Source: Candidatus Omnitrophica bacterium UBA6215 (GTDB lineage Bacteria; Omnitrophota; Gorgyraeia; Pluralincolimonadales; Pluralincolimonadaceae). From it: a stretch of DNA of 64,000 nt. The stretch covers positions 245,109 through 309,108 of the forward strand of contig DISH01000004.1 in NCBI GenBank assembly GCA_002421665.1. Reading direction: 5' to 3'. Position numbers and translations under genes: made by a program. The notes beneath the pieces were generated by a model, which was not told the DNA's origin, ran no database searches, and worked only from the letters and a program-made list of their open reading frames with translations. This document shows positions 9,442-19,214 of the stretch, piece by piece; position 1 is the stretch's first letter; each line of letters begins with the position of its first letter.

Positions 9442-10496
9442 TGATTTCTGCTGATTTCAGACACGAGGTCCTTGGAGTTAATAATGCTGAAGACTGGCTA
9501 AATGTCGCCGGCGAGTGCGCTTATGCCCCGTATAATGTCTTTGACCCGGATTTTATAGAACGAAACACGCGGGAGGGCTCTAACGCGTTGAGCGTGATAG
9601 TCTATGAAACCTCAAGCGGGAAACCGGCGGCCATATTCCCCGCCGAACTCTATACGAAATCGGCATCGTTGATAATTATCAGGATCGCTAAATCTTCCGC
9701 GTACGGAGGACTTATGATCGCCGGCGGGTATATGCGCGAGGCCGGTTCGATAAAGAGATATTTTTATGAAAATATCATATCAGGTTATTACCGATGTAAG
9801 GCTATTGACATGGTTGAGGTTATCCCGTCCCCTCTGCTGGAGATAGATTTTCCTGGGCTTACGCATGCTGCGGTGCCGTTCTATCGGGCGGAGGCTGAAA
9901 TAAATTCTTTGCTGTATACCGACCTGAAAGGCGATTTTACCGAAAAACTCGGTTATAACGTCAAGAGGGAATCGTTTAAGGGTATGGATGCCCTGAAAAG
10001 CCTTAAGGTGATGACAGGTTCTGAAGAAGGCGCTTTTGGGCTGTTGAAAGGGCTTGAATGCGGGAAAGCCGCGACGTTAAATGTTGAACCTATACCTGGG
10101 CGGGTCCTTGAAAAAATGCTGGGTTCACGGATGGTGGCGACAGTTATCGCGGTTTCCGGTGGTAAGGCGCTGGCCGCCGTATCTTACAGCTGCCGCGGGA
10201 AACTGGCCACTTTGCATTATAACGCGAGCACTCCGGAGGGGAAGAAGTCATTTGTCAACAAGGGTCTTATGCTTTGGTGTATTCAGGATTGCAAAAATAA
10301 GGGCGCTGACTATTTTGTGCTCGGCAACGGATGGGAACAGGGAAGGGATAAGAAAGAGAGCGAGCAACTCGAAAGGATGGCTTTTTTCAAAAAGAGTTTT
10401 TCCACTTCCGAGTCTTCCACCTTCAGGTTCAGCATGCCGCTTACTCTTAAAGGTCTCCTGGCGCAGGCGGGCAACCGCGCGATAAAGAGACGATGA
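9438..10496 (+). CDS. FemAB/CelD-like GNAT (Acetyltransf_6, BioF2-like) protein
   Basis: C-terminal ...KGADYFVLGNGWEQG... and overall FemABX-like layout. ATGATGA overlap with the upstream gene. Confidence 0.6.
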   Translation: MMISADFRHEVLGVNNAEDWLNVAGECAYAPYNVFDPDFIERNTREGSNALSVIVYETSSGKPAAIFPAELYTKSASLIIIRIAKSSAYGGLMIAGGYMREAGSIKRYFYENIISGYYRCKAIDMVEVIPSPLLEIDFPGLTHAAVPFYRAEAEINSLLYTDLKGDFTEKLGYNVKRESFKGMDALKSLKVMTGSEEGAFGLLKGLECGKAATLNVEPIPGRVLEKMLGSRMVATVIAVSGGKALAAVSYSCRGKLATLHYNASTPEGKKSFVNKGLMLWCIQDCKNKGADYFVLGNGWEQGRDKKESEQLERMAFFKKSFSTSESSTFRFSMPLTLKGLLAQAGNRAIKRR

Positions 10497-12400
10497 TGGA
10501 AAAAAAGAAAATGGAAACGGTATTTCTTGCTACGGCTTCCGAAGCCTCTCAATTCCTTGCCCCCGGAGAGTCGGACGCGGGCAGTTCCATAATTGCCATG
10601 AGCCCTTCCGTAAAGGTTTTATTGGAGAAGAACGGGCTCAAACCCGGAAGCTCGGGCTGCTATTTCGATACAGGCTCCCATAAAAAACTGCTTGAGAAGT
10701 CCGATGAGATAGTAAGATGGATAAAAGAGAACGCCAGGTTCGAGGATATGGGCCTGGGCACGGCGGAAGGATACGAAAGCTCCTTTATCTATTGGACGAG
10801 GTTCTCGGTACATCATTGTATGTGGGCAATAGAGGTGGTCTCAAGGGCGGTTGAGGACCTCAAACCGGATTCGCTTGCCGCGTTCGGTATCCCGGAAGTG
10901 CCCGTACCGAGTTTATATTTGGAGAAGGAAGATAAGGTGGCCGGCAGGCTGGCGGAAAGGGTGGCCTCTAAAAACGGACTTACCTTCAGGGAATTATCCC
11001 GCAAACCCCGCAGGTTCACCCGGCAGGTTTTGTCATGTTCTATTTACATAAATTCCGCTGTCAGGTTCCTGCTTGAGACATTCAGGTTTTACGCCTGGCT
11101 TTTAAAGAATTCATACGGCAAGGGAAAAAAGACGGCGGTTTTTACCACCTCATCCTACCAGATGGATAAGACTGCGCAAGAGATGGTAAAGGAGCGTCCC
11201 GGCCTGCGTTGTGTTATGCTCATCTATCCGATAGATACGCTTTTTTATATCCCAGGACCGCTTTTTTTTCTGGACTCTCCGACCGCAGGCATGTATATAA
11301 AACGACAAAGGGAACATTTTGCTGCGCTCGCAGAGAAAATCGAATCCGATAAGGGTATCTTTTCTTACAGGGGGATATTCTTCGGTGATATAGTGGCCCA
11401 AAGGCTCAGGATGAGCGTTTTTAACTATATTACAGGTCTTCAGATGTGGACGCTTAAACTTAATACGGCTATAAGGACTATCAACCCCGGCATTGTGGTA
11501 TCCAACGGCAATCGTGACGATGATATAATAACCGCGAAACTTTGTTCGGGGATGGGCATCGAGTCTTTAATAATCAGCCATGGTTCTCATGTAAAGCCGG
11601 GGAATTTTTACGAGAGGACGGAATGGTCTGAGCTTGGGGCAAAGCTTATAGGCGGGCCTTTTTCCTTGGTTGCCATGCAGTCCCCGTTGGCGGAGGGTTA
11701 TCTCGGGGAGTTTCCGCCGCGCGGCAGACCGGTAAAGACCGGTCCTTTGATATGGGGCAAGCCCGTTGACAGGAGCTCCGGAGAGTCTTTTGCCGCTCAG
11801 GTATTGGGGGATAAGTATGTGAAGGGGAAGACCAGGATCATCGTTCATGCCGGTACCCCAAAGCCAAGCAAGAGCCTGAGACTTTATGTTTATGAAACCC
11901 CTGAGGAATATATTAATGCCATTAGGGAATTGGCGGACGCGGTCGAACGGGTATCGGACGCGGTCCTGATAGTGAAGTTCCGTCCAAGCCCGGAGATAAG
12001 CATAGAGGATATTAAGGCGTCGGTGCCTTTTTCGAAAAAGGTTATATTGAGTGTAGGGGAGCCTTTCCTTAAGGTTCTGGCTATGGCCGACCTTCTGGTA
12101 AGTTTCTCGTCTACTACGATCGAGGAGGCCGTACAGAACGGGGTGCCGGTCCTGCTGTACGGCGGGCAGGGGAGGTATTCGCACATCCCGGCTTATGAGG
12201 TTGAAGACAGTTCTGCGCCTGTCGAAAGGAGCGCGGCGTATCATGTACGCGGCCCGGGCGGACTGCTGCCGGCCCTCGATGGCATCCTTCGTCTGGGCAT
12301 AGACGGACAGGGAAGGGACAAAGGGCTTTTTGACAAGTTCATATACCCGGAAGGGGAACGCATCCCATTGGAGAAGATAATAGATGAAGTCAGCCGATAA
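10493..12400 (+). CDS. large protein with TagF-like (glycosyl/glycerophosphate transferase, GT-B) C-terminal domain; N-terminal region of unknown function
   Basis: C-terminus LIVKFRPSP ... ADLLVSFSSTTIEEAVQNGVPVL resembles the Glyphos_transf (KPHP ... DYSS) pattern. The N-terminal ~400 aa are unrecognised. Confidence 0.5.
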   Translation: MMEKKKMETVFLATASEASQFLAPGESDAGSSIIAMSPSVKVLLEKNGLKPGSSGCYFDTGSHKKLLEKSDEIVRWIKENARFEDMGLGTAEGYESSFIYWTRFSVHHCMWAIEVVSRAVEDLKPDSLAAFGIPEVPVPSLYLEKEDKVAGRLAERVASKNGLTFRELSRKPRRFTRQVLSCSIYINSAVRFLLETFRFYAWLLKNSYGKGKKTAVFTTSSYQMDKTAQEMVKERPGLRCVMLIYPIDTLFYIPGPLFFLDSPTAGMYIKRQREHFAALAEKIESDKGIFSYRGIFFGDIVAQRLRMSVFNYITGLQMWTLKLNTAIRTINPGIVVSNGNRDDDIITAKLCSGMGIESLIISHGSHVKPGNFYERTEWSELGAKLIGGPFSLVAMQSPLAEGYLGEFPPRGRPVKTGPLIWGKPVDRSSGESFAAQVLGDKYVKGKTRIIVHAGTPKPSKSLRLYVYETPEEYINAIRELADAVERVSDAVLIVKFRPSPEISIEDIKASVPFSKKVILSVGEPFLKVLAMADLLVSFSSTTIEEAVQNGVPVLLYGGQGRYSHIPAYEVEDSSAPVERSAAYHVRGPGGLLPALDGILRLGIDGQGRDKGLFDKFIYPEGERIPLEKIIDEVSR

Positions 12401-14213
12401 ACGTTCGTCAGCCATGTGGTTCTTCCTGAAACGTTACAAAAGGATATATGTCGCCCTTTTCCTGGTTACCATTACTTATGCGGTCCTCGAGAGCATAAAT
12501 ATATCCATACTGCTGCCCCTGTTCGATACGGTCCTTAATAATACCGGCCGGGAAGGAAGACTTTTCGCGTTCATAGATGCCGTTATTTCGCATATGCCGT
12601 TCAAACAGCCTTTTATGAATGTCTTTTTGCTGGCGATCCTGCTCGTAATTTTCAAGGAGATTGCCGCTTTCGTAAGGATAAAACTTGTCGGGTACGGTGT
12701 AGGGAAGGTCGTATGCGACGTCAAAGAGGAGGTATTCGATAAATTCGCGTTTTCCGATTACCAGTTCTTCCTGGATAATAAACAAGGGAAGTTGATCTAT
12801 GACCTGCTGACCGCTTCGGGCAGGCTGGGCAATTGCCTTCAATTCTTCCCGGACCTCGTTACCGCCGTTTTGATGACGGTCACCATAGGCGTGCTTCTTT
12901 TCTCCATATCCGTCAAGATGACCATCTTCCTTATGATCGTAGGGGTGATTTACAGCGTAGCAATGCATTTCCTCGCGCAGAGGGTTTCGTACAATATAGG
13001 GGCCGAGAGGGCCATGGTCAGCACCCAGGCCAACGTGATAGCTAATGAGCTTATAGACGGCGTAAAACATATCAAGGTCTCCGGCTCATTCGATATATGG
13101 AGGGGTAATTTCCGCAGGGCGGTAAGGAAGTTCAAAGACCTGGTAATAAGGGATTTTATCTGGGTCAACGTTCCCGACAGGATGATACAGGTAATACCCG
13201 TCGTGATACTTACTGCCATCGCGTTCTACCTTTACAAGAGGGCGGATGCGGTGGAATTCCTGACCGGGAACCTGGTGACCATGGGTGTATACATATATGC
13301 GTTTTACAGGGTCAGCCCGTACCTGGCTTCTTTCGGAAGGCTCAGGATGCAGATAATGGGTTCCTTGCCGGACGTGGAACTTCTTTATGAGGACCTGTTA
13401 AAAGAGACCAATTTTATAAAGGACGGCACGCTCGACATAAGGGATTTCCGCAGGGAGATAAGGTTTAGCAGGGTCAACTTTGCCTACAAAGGCAGTAAGG
13501 AAGTGTTAAGGGACATCGACCTGAGCGTGGAAGCGGGCAAGACTACGGCTGTAGTCGGTTCTTCGGGCAGCGGTAAGACTACATTGATCAACCTAATGGT
13601 ACGGCTCTTCGACCCGGATAGCGGCAGTATCACGATAGACGGGGTTGACCTCAAGGATATCAGGCATTCCTCCCTTATACACCTTATAGGCATGGTCAGC
13701 CAGGACACGTTCATATTCAACGGGACCATAAGGGACAATATTGTCTTCGGCCTTGAAGGTATCGCGGAGGACAAATTGGTCGCGGCATCCAAGCTTGCCA
13801 ACGCCCACGGTTTTATCGAAAGTTTCCCGTCGAAATATGATACGGTCGTCGGGGATAAAGGTCTTAAGTTATCCGGAGGTCAAAGGCAGAGGATAGCCAT
13901 AGCCAGGGCGATATTGCGCGACCCGAAGATACTGATACTCGACGAGGCCACGAGCTCGCTTGACTACCACTCAGAGGTAACGGTCCAGCAGGCGATAAAC
14001 ACGGTATCCAAGAACAGGACGGTGGTAGTTATAGCCCATCGGTTGTCCACCATCATAAACGCGGATAAGATAATCGTCCTTGACAGGTTCAGGATAGCGG
14101 ACCAGGGCACGCATGCCGAACTCATGGGCCGCGAAGGGATATACAAATCACTTTATGAAAGCCAGGGGAAATTGCATAATATACAAACCGGAGGTAATGC
14201 CAGCGATGAGTGA
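12384..14213 (+). CDS. ABC transporter, fused permease/ATPase (MsbA/PglK-type exporter)
   Basis: Six predicted TM helices N-terminally; Walker A GSSGSGKTT, signature LSGGQRQRIAIARA, Walker B ILILDEATS. No C39 peptidase domain. Confidence 0.9.
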   Translation: MKSADKRSSAMWFFLKRYKRIYVALFLVTITYAVLESINISILLPLFDTVLNNTGREGRLFAFIDAVISHMPFKQPFMNVFLLAILLVIFKEIAAFVRIKLVGYGVGKVVCDVKEEVFDKFAFSDYQFFLDNKQGKLIYDLLTASGRLGNCLQFFPDLVTAVLMTVTIGVLLFSISVKMTIFLMIVGVIYSVAMHFLAQRVSYNIGAERAMVSTQANVIANELIDGVKHIKVSGSFDIWRGNFRRAVRKFKDLVIRDFIWVNVPDRMIQVIPVVILTAIAFYLYKRADAVEFLTGNLVTMGVYIYAFYRVSPYLASFGRLRMQIMGSLPDVELLYEDLLKETNFIKDGTLDIRDFRREIRFSRVNFAYKGSKEVLRDIDLSVEAGKTTAVVGSSGSGKTTLINLMVRLFDPDSGSITIDGVDLKDIRHSSLIHLIGMVSQDTFIFNGTIRDNIVFGLEGIAEDKLVAASKLANAHGFIESFPSKYDTVVGDKGLKLSGGQRQRIAIARAILRDPKILILDEATSSLDYHSEVTVQQAINTVSKNRTVVVIAHRLSTIINADKIIVLDRFRIADQGTHAELMGREGIYKSLYESQGKLHNIQTGGNASDE

Positions 14214-15135
14214 GCGAGGATACACGATACAGAACAAGGAGATAAGGTTCGAGGTTACCAACATGTGCAACGCGAACTGCGTTATGTGCCCCAGGGAGAA
14301 GATGACGCGCCCGCAGGGCATACTGGACATGGGCCTCTATATTAGGACGCTGGATGAAGCCTGTTCCATGGGCGCTACGGTCGTCAGCCTCGAGAATTTC
14401 GGTGAGACCTTCATGGATCCGCTGTTCTTCGAAAGGGCCGCGTATGCCAAGGGCAAGGGTATGAAAGTCCTTACCATTACCAACGGTTCGCTCTTCAACA
14501 AAAAGGCCGCGGAAAGGTCCCTGTATTTCATAGATAAAATAAGGTTCAGCGTTTACGGCACCACAAAGGAAGTATACGAGTCCATACACAGAGGCCTCAA
14601 GTACGACGCGGTGGTAGAGAATATCGAATACCTCCTTGACCTGAAAAAGAGGACCGGCAGCGCCGCCCCGAAGGTTGAGGTCTATTTCCTGTATATGGAC
14701 CAGAATAAACACCAGGCGGAGGAGTTTAAGGAGAAGTGGCTCGGCCGGGTCGATGACATAGCGATGTGGAAGCCCCACAATTGGAGCGACGGGCGCTCAT
14801 ACAGGCAACTCGATGGTGATAAGAAAAAGGTTACCTGCGGCAGGCCTTCCAGGGGGCCTATACAGGTGCAGTGGGACGGTCTTGTGGTCCCGTGCTGCTT
14901 CGATTACAATTCCAGCATTGTTCTCGGCGACCTGAATAAGCAGACGTTAAGGCAGGTTCTGGAAAGCAAAGATTATGATGACTTCAGGAAAGCTCACGCA
15001 AAAGCTGAATTCTCGCTCTACCCGTTCTGTGACAGCTGCGACCAGTTGAGGAAAAGGGAAGACGTCCTTGTCTTTACCACCATAAAAGACGCCAAGGTAG
15101 GGGCGGTCAATACGACCTACGAAAAAGTGGACTGA
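14206..15135 (+). CDS. radical SAM protein with C-terminal SPASM/twitch Cys-rich domain
   Basis: CNANCVMC (CxxxCxxC) near the N-terminus; C-terminal cysteines CGRP...PCCFD...CDSCDQ. Start at ATG 14206 (GGAGG 11 nt upstream) or ATG 14197; overlaps the ABC gene end. Confidence 0.85.
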   Translation: MSERGYTIQNKEIRFEVTNMCNANCVMCPREKMTRPQGILDMGLYIRTLDEACSMGATVVSLENFGETFMDPLFFERAAYAKGKGMKVLTITNGSLFNKKAAERSLYFIDKIRFSVYGTTKEVYESIHRGLKYDAVVENIEYLLDLKKRTGSAAPKVEVYFLYMDQNKHQAEEFKEKWLGRVDDIAMWKPHNWSDGRSYRQLDGDKKKVTCGRPSRGPIQVQWDGLVVPCCFDYNSSIVLGDLNKQTLRQVLESKDYDDFRKAHAKAEFSLYPFCDSCDQLRKREDVLVFTTIKDAKVGAVNTTYEKVD

Positions 15136-16742
15136 TGCCTGACTCGGCCGGCGGCACAATACTCTTCAACCCGGTAAGCGTTGTCCATTACAGGAACGTC
15201 CCGCGTTTTGCCGGGGGGCTTCCCGGTTGGAAGGTCAAGAAGATAGTCAACCCGGACATGCCCTGGTCGTCAAAGATGATCGATGATGACGATATCCGGT
15301 TCGAGCGCGGAATACTTCCCCGGAAGGCGCTTGACGGTGTCAGCGCCGTAGTAGTATTTTCCTCGCAGCCCAGGGTTCCTTCCGCTTCGCTGATAACCGG
15401 GGCTGCCGTCAGGGGCATACCCGTTATTGCGGTAGAGGAAGTGCTGCAGATGATGCTTGAACAGGGGTATGTTAACGAGTATTTCCTTCCCGTGGACAGG
15501 CTTTACGCGGGTTCCGATTACGAAAAGAATGGTTTTACGGATTTTGGGATCCCCGGTGAGGCGGTGGAATCGGCTGGTAATGTCTTCGGGCATGTGGAGC
15601 CGGGGGAAGTCCCGGAAGAAAAGAAGGACGCGATCAGGCGCAGGTTAGGCATATCTCCGGGCAGGAAGGTCGCGGTATTGAGCCTTGCTTACCAGACGCC
15701 GAGCGGAGAAACGCTCGAGGTCAGGAGGCGCCTTATCGAGACCGTATCCCGCGGGTTGCCGGCGGATTATGTTCTTGTAGTAAAGCCTCACCCTGCGGAA
15801 CAAGATGCGGGGGTATGTGATTTTATAAAAGAGTGCGCCCCTTCGGCCGCGGCGGCGGACCGCTTTACCCCTATAGGGGACATACTGGCGATAGCAGATG
15901 TCCTCTTAAACCGGGGGAATTCGCAGGTAGTTATCGACGCCTTTAACAGGAGAGTGCCGGTAATTGTTGTCCCGTTGGGGAGGAGGACATTTTTCCACGG
16001 GTTGCTGGACGGCGTGATAGCGGATGATGAGCAGGGGATAAAGAAAGCGATCGAACTGATAGGCCGTGAGGGTTTCAAGCTTTACGGAGTTGTTACATCG
16101 CTCTACGCCGGGTCTTCAGCCGATGATGTCCTGCGGAATGTTTGTGCGGGGATAGCGCAGGCCGCGCGATCACGGCAGGTATTTGAGCGGACGCAAAGGC
16201 TCTGCGACCTTGCAGTGTATTGGGCATGGATGGGATATCCCTCGCAGGCGGCCAGGATATTGCGCGAATGCGGCCATATAAGCGCCCGGCCGGCCCTGTC
16301 GAGGCTAATAGCGTCCAGGGCAACGACGGCGGATTTCGAGACGCTTAGGGATACTTGGGCTTCACGAAGATACAGGGCATGGCTGCTTAAAAGCATGCGG
16401 ATAAAGCAGGCTTTTGATTCAGGAGAACGCCTGGATGACAACCAGACGGGGTGGCTGGCCGACTATCCTCCGCGGATGAACAGGGAGTATTTCGTGGATT
16501 TTGCCTGTATGCTCTGCTGGTGCCTGCTCGGGTCCGGCAGGACGGCGGAATGTGCGGATATATTCGACAAGATAAGGGAAGAATACGGATATTTGAAGTT
16601 CGTGCGTTGTATTGGGGCCGCTTGCGCCCGCGGCAAGGCGGCGCCCGATCTCTCGTTATGGAAGACCTGCGCGGTCTCCGGACTGAAACGTAGCGCAAGG
16701 AATGCATTGTTTGAGATGAGGATGGCGATAAAAAATATATGA
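15135..16742 (+). CDS. putative TagF-like GT-B transferase (Glyphos_transf-like), otherwise unknown function
   Basis: VLVVKPHP ... ADVLLNRGNSQVVIDAFNRRVPVI resembles the TagF-family core. The C-terminal ~200 aa are an unrecognised helical region. Confidence 0.45.
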   Translation: MPDSAGGTILFNPVSVVHYRNVPRFAGGLPGWKVKKIVNPDMPWSSKMIDDDDIRFERGILPRKALDGVSAVVVFSSQPRVPSASLITGAAVRGIPVIAVEEVLQMMLEQGYVNEYFLPVDRLYAGSDYEKNGFTDFGIPGEAVESAGNVFGHVEPGEVPEEKKDAIRRRLGISPGRKVAVLSLAYQTPSGETLEVRRRLIETVSRGLPADYVLVVKPHPAEQDAGVCDFIKECAPSAAAADRFTPIGDILAIADVLLNRGNSQVVIDAFNRRVPVIVVPLGRRTFFHGLLDGVIADDEQGIKKAIELIGREGFKLYGVVTSLYAGSSADDVLRNVCAGIAQAARSRQVFERTQRLCDLAVYWAWMGYPSQAARILRECGHISARPALSRLIASRATTADFETLRDTWASRRYRAWLLKSMRIKQAFDSGERLDDNQTGWLADYPPRMNREYFVDFACMLCWCLLGSGRTAECADIFDKIREEYGYLKFVRCIGAACARGKAAPDLSLWKTCAVSGLKRSARNALFEMRMAIKNI

Positions 16743-18292
16743 AAAAGAACAAGATAATCCTGGTCAACCCCGGAGTGCATTTCCTCGAGCCGGTGGGATA
16801 CGGCATGTATCCCAACACGGCTATAATGATATTGGCAACTGTACTTAAAAATGCCGGGTTCCTTGTGAAGGTGATTGACGGCAGGTACCATCCGATAGAT
16901 AAAGCCGTCGGGCTTATCCGCTCGGAGATCGATGATGACCTGGCGTTCGTGGGTTTTTCAGTCATGACCGTCCAGGTGCCGTGGGCTTATTATGTATCAC
17001 AAGCGATAAAGGCCGAGGACCCCGGCTGTAAGATAGTGTGGGGGGGTGTACACCCTACACTCTTCCCGGACCAGACCGTGGAGGATCCCGCTATTGACGC
17101 CGTTGTAATAAACGAGGCGGCTTCTACGTCCGCGTCCCTGGCGGCCGCCTATGCCGAGGGACGGATGCCTTCCGGCATACCCGGCGTATATTACAAGGAG
17201 GGCTCGAGGGTATTCAGGAACAGTCCTAACCGTGAAGGCGATACCTTCGATAACATACCATACATAGATTTTAACCTTATAGACCACAGGCGTTATTCGA
17301 GGAATAACAACATAGCTATCGAAGAGTTCTACGCCGAGAAATATAAGGATTGCAGGGTATACCCGATCATTACATCGCTTAGTTGCACATACAAATGCAC
17401 GTTTTGCATAAACGTGATACTGGACAGGAAGTACTGCTTCAGGTCGGCGCCGGAAATAGTTGACAGGATCAAGTTCCTTAAGTCCTCGTACGGCGCGGAT
17501 TTCATACAGCCGATGGACGAGAATTTCTTCATAAACAAGAAGAGGACCTTCGAGTTCCTCGATATGCTGGAAAAGGAGGACCTGGGTATCAAATGGCGCC
17601 CGCAGGTCCGCGCGGATTATTTTAACGAGAATTACATAGATGTCGAGACAGCCAGGAGGCTAAGCCGTTCCGGGATGATCGTAGCGGCAATGGGTGTCGA
17701 GAGCGCCTCGCAGGATATACTTGATAAACTAAAGAAGCAGATGAAGGTCGAGAGCATCATGAAGGCGGTTGAGGTGCTTTCAAAGACGGACATTGTTCCC
17801 AAGATGAATTTCATGGTAGGCCTACCCGGAGAGACAAGAGAAGAGATAGAAAAGACCTATAAACTTGCCGTAGAGATACGCAAGAAGGCAAAGAAGAGCT
17901 GTGTTACTATCTCGCCTTTCAGGCCGTACCCGGGCTCGCAGCTTTATGAACAGTGCATAAACGAATACGGATATAAACCGCCTTCGAGCCTGGCCGAATG
18001 GGCCGCGCTTTCACGGGACGACCTGGTTGAGGGCAGGGGATATGAGTCTTTTGAGAATTACAAGTGGATAAAGGACCCGGTACGGCTCAAGGCCATGCAG
18101 GGCATATATGAGGAGATAGCCTGGTACAGGCCGCAGAGGGACGAGAGGTGGCACGGGAAACTGCGCAACCTGATAGCGTATTGGAGGTTCAAGACGGGTT
18201 ATTTCGGCCTCGTGCGACTTGAAAAAGGGTTTTTTGATATGTTGTCATCGTTAAAACGGTTGTTGTCGCGCGGGAGGGCCGGTGTTGCCTGA
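16739..18292 (+). CDS. B12-binding domain radical SAM protein (second copy)
   Basis: N-terminal B12-binding-like domain (VWGGVHPTLFP), rSAM motif SCTYKCTFC. ATGA overlap with the upstream gene. Confidence 0.85.
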   Translation: MKKNKIILVNPGVHFLEPVGYGMYPNTAIMILATVLKNAGFLVKVIDGRYHPIDKAVGLIRSEIDDDLAFVGFSVMTVQVPWAYYVSQAIKAEDPGCKIVWGGVHPTLFPDQTVEDPAIDAVVINEAASTSASLAAAYAEGRMPSGIPGVYYKEGSRVFRNSPNREGDTFDNIPYIDFNLIDHRRYSRNNNIAIEEFYAEKYKDCRVYPIITSLSCTYKCTFCINVILDRKYCFRSAPEIVDRIKFLKSSYGADFIQPMDENFFINKKRTFEFLDMLEKEDLGIKWRPQVRADYFNENYIDVETARRLSRSGMIVAAMGVESASQDILDKLKKQMKVESIMKAVEVLSKTDIVPKMNFMVGLPGETREEIEKTYKLAVEIRKKAKKSCVTISPFRPYPGSQLYEQCINEYGYKPPSSLAEWAALSRDDLVEGRGYESFENYKWIKDPVRLKAMQGIYEEIAWYRPQRDERWHGKLRNLIAYWRFKTGYFGLVRLEKGFFDMLSSLKRLLSRGRAGVA

Positions 18293-19214
18293 ATTCAGCG
18301 TCCAGGTCTGCTGTTATAATTCCGAAAGGTACCTGGATGAGACCATAAGGAGCGTGATCGCCCAGACATTCAAAGACTGGGAGATGGTCATAGTCAATGA
18401 CGGTTCCACCGATGCTACCGAGTCCATAGTAAGGCATTATATGGATAAAGGTGTCCCGATAACGTATTTCAGGCAGGAGAACAGGGGTTTTGCCGCTGCC
18501 AGGAACAAAGCCGTTGAGCTTTCCAGGGGAAGGTGGATCGCCATACTCGACCATGACGACGTGTGGTATCCGGGCAAGCTTAAGGCGCAGAGCGAGGCGA
18601 TAGACCGTTATCCCGGGGCCAAGCTGCATTTTGCCAATTCCGAATGGTTCCTTGATTCCGGAAGGACGGTCAGGACTACCGTGGAGGGCGGCAGGTTTAA
18701 AAGCGGCATCCTGGACAGCGCTTTTACGAGGCTGCTTACCGAAGGGTGTTTCATAGATTCGGAGACGGCGGTAATAGATAAGCAAGCCTTGCTTGAGTGC
18801 GGCGGATTCAATGAAAGGTATGCTTATATAGTCGATTACGATGCGTTCATAAAGATATCGAGGTCGAACCCCGTTTGTTATGAAGATGACATACTTGCCA
18901 GGTGGAGGATGCACGAGCGCCAGGCAAGCAGCGTAATGAAAGCGACGATGTTCGAGGAGTACGTTCTCATGTTCGAGGAGATACTCGACAGGTATGACCT
19001 GCCCGGCGATGTGCGCAGGCGCATCAGGGACGAGATCACGAGCAACTCGGTTAAATATTCGGCGTTGAGGTTAGGCGAAGGCAGGATAGGAAAATCTCTC
19101 TCGTTCGCGATAAAGAGGCTCGATCCTTATTCGATGGCGCGCTTCGCGGCGATAAAAGCGCCAAGGGCCGCCTATCGTAAGATCAAAAGTATCACGAGAA
19201 GGAAGTGGGAATAG
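18282..19214 (+). CDS. GT2 family glycosyltransferase
   Basis: FSVQVCCYNSERYLDETIRSV...VIVNDGSTD...ILDHDD (DXD). GTG/TTG start overlapping the upstream stop. Confidence 0.8.
   Translation: MLPEFSVQVCCYNSERYLDETIRSVIAQTFKDWEMVIVNDGSTDATESIVRHYMDKGVPITYFRQENRGFAAARNKAVELSRGRWIAILDHDDVWYPGKLKAQSEAIDRYPGAKLHFANSEWFLDSGRTVRTTVEGGRFKSGILDSAFTRLLTEGCFIDSETAVIDKQALLECGGFNERYAYIVDYDAFIKISRSNPVCYEDDILARWRMHERQASSVMKATMFEEYVLMFEEILDRYDLPGDVRRRIRDEITSNSVKYSALRLGEGRIGKSLSFAIKRLDPYSMARFAAIKAPRAAYRKIKSITRRKWE

Noticed and set aside
11567-12415. 282-aa minus-strand ORF
   Set aside because: Lies entirely antisense within the TagF-like gene (10493–12400); Arg/Pro-rich low-complexity translation typical of an antisense frame to GC-rich coding DNA; no motifs.
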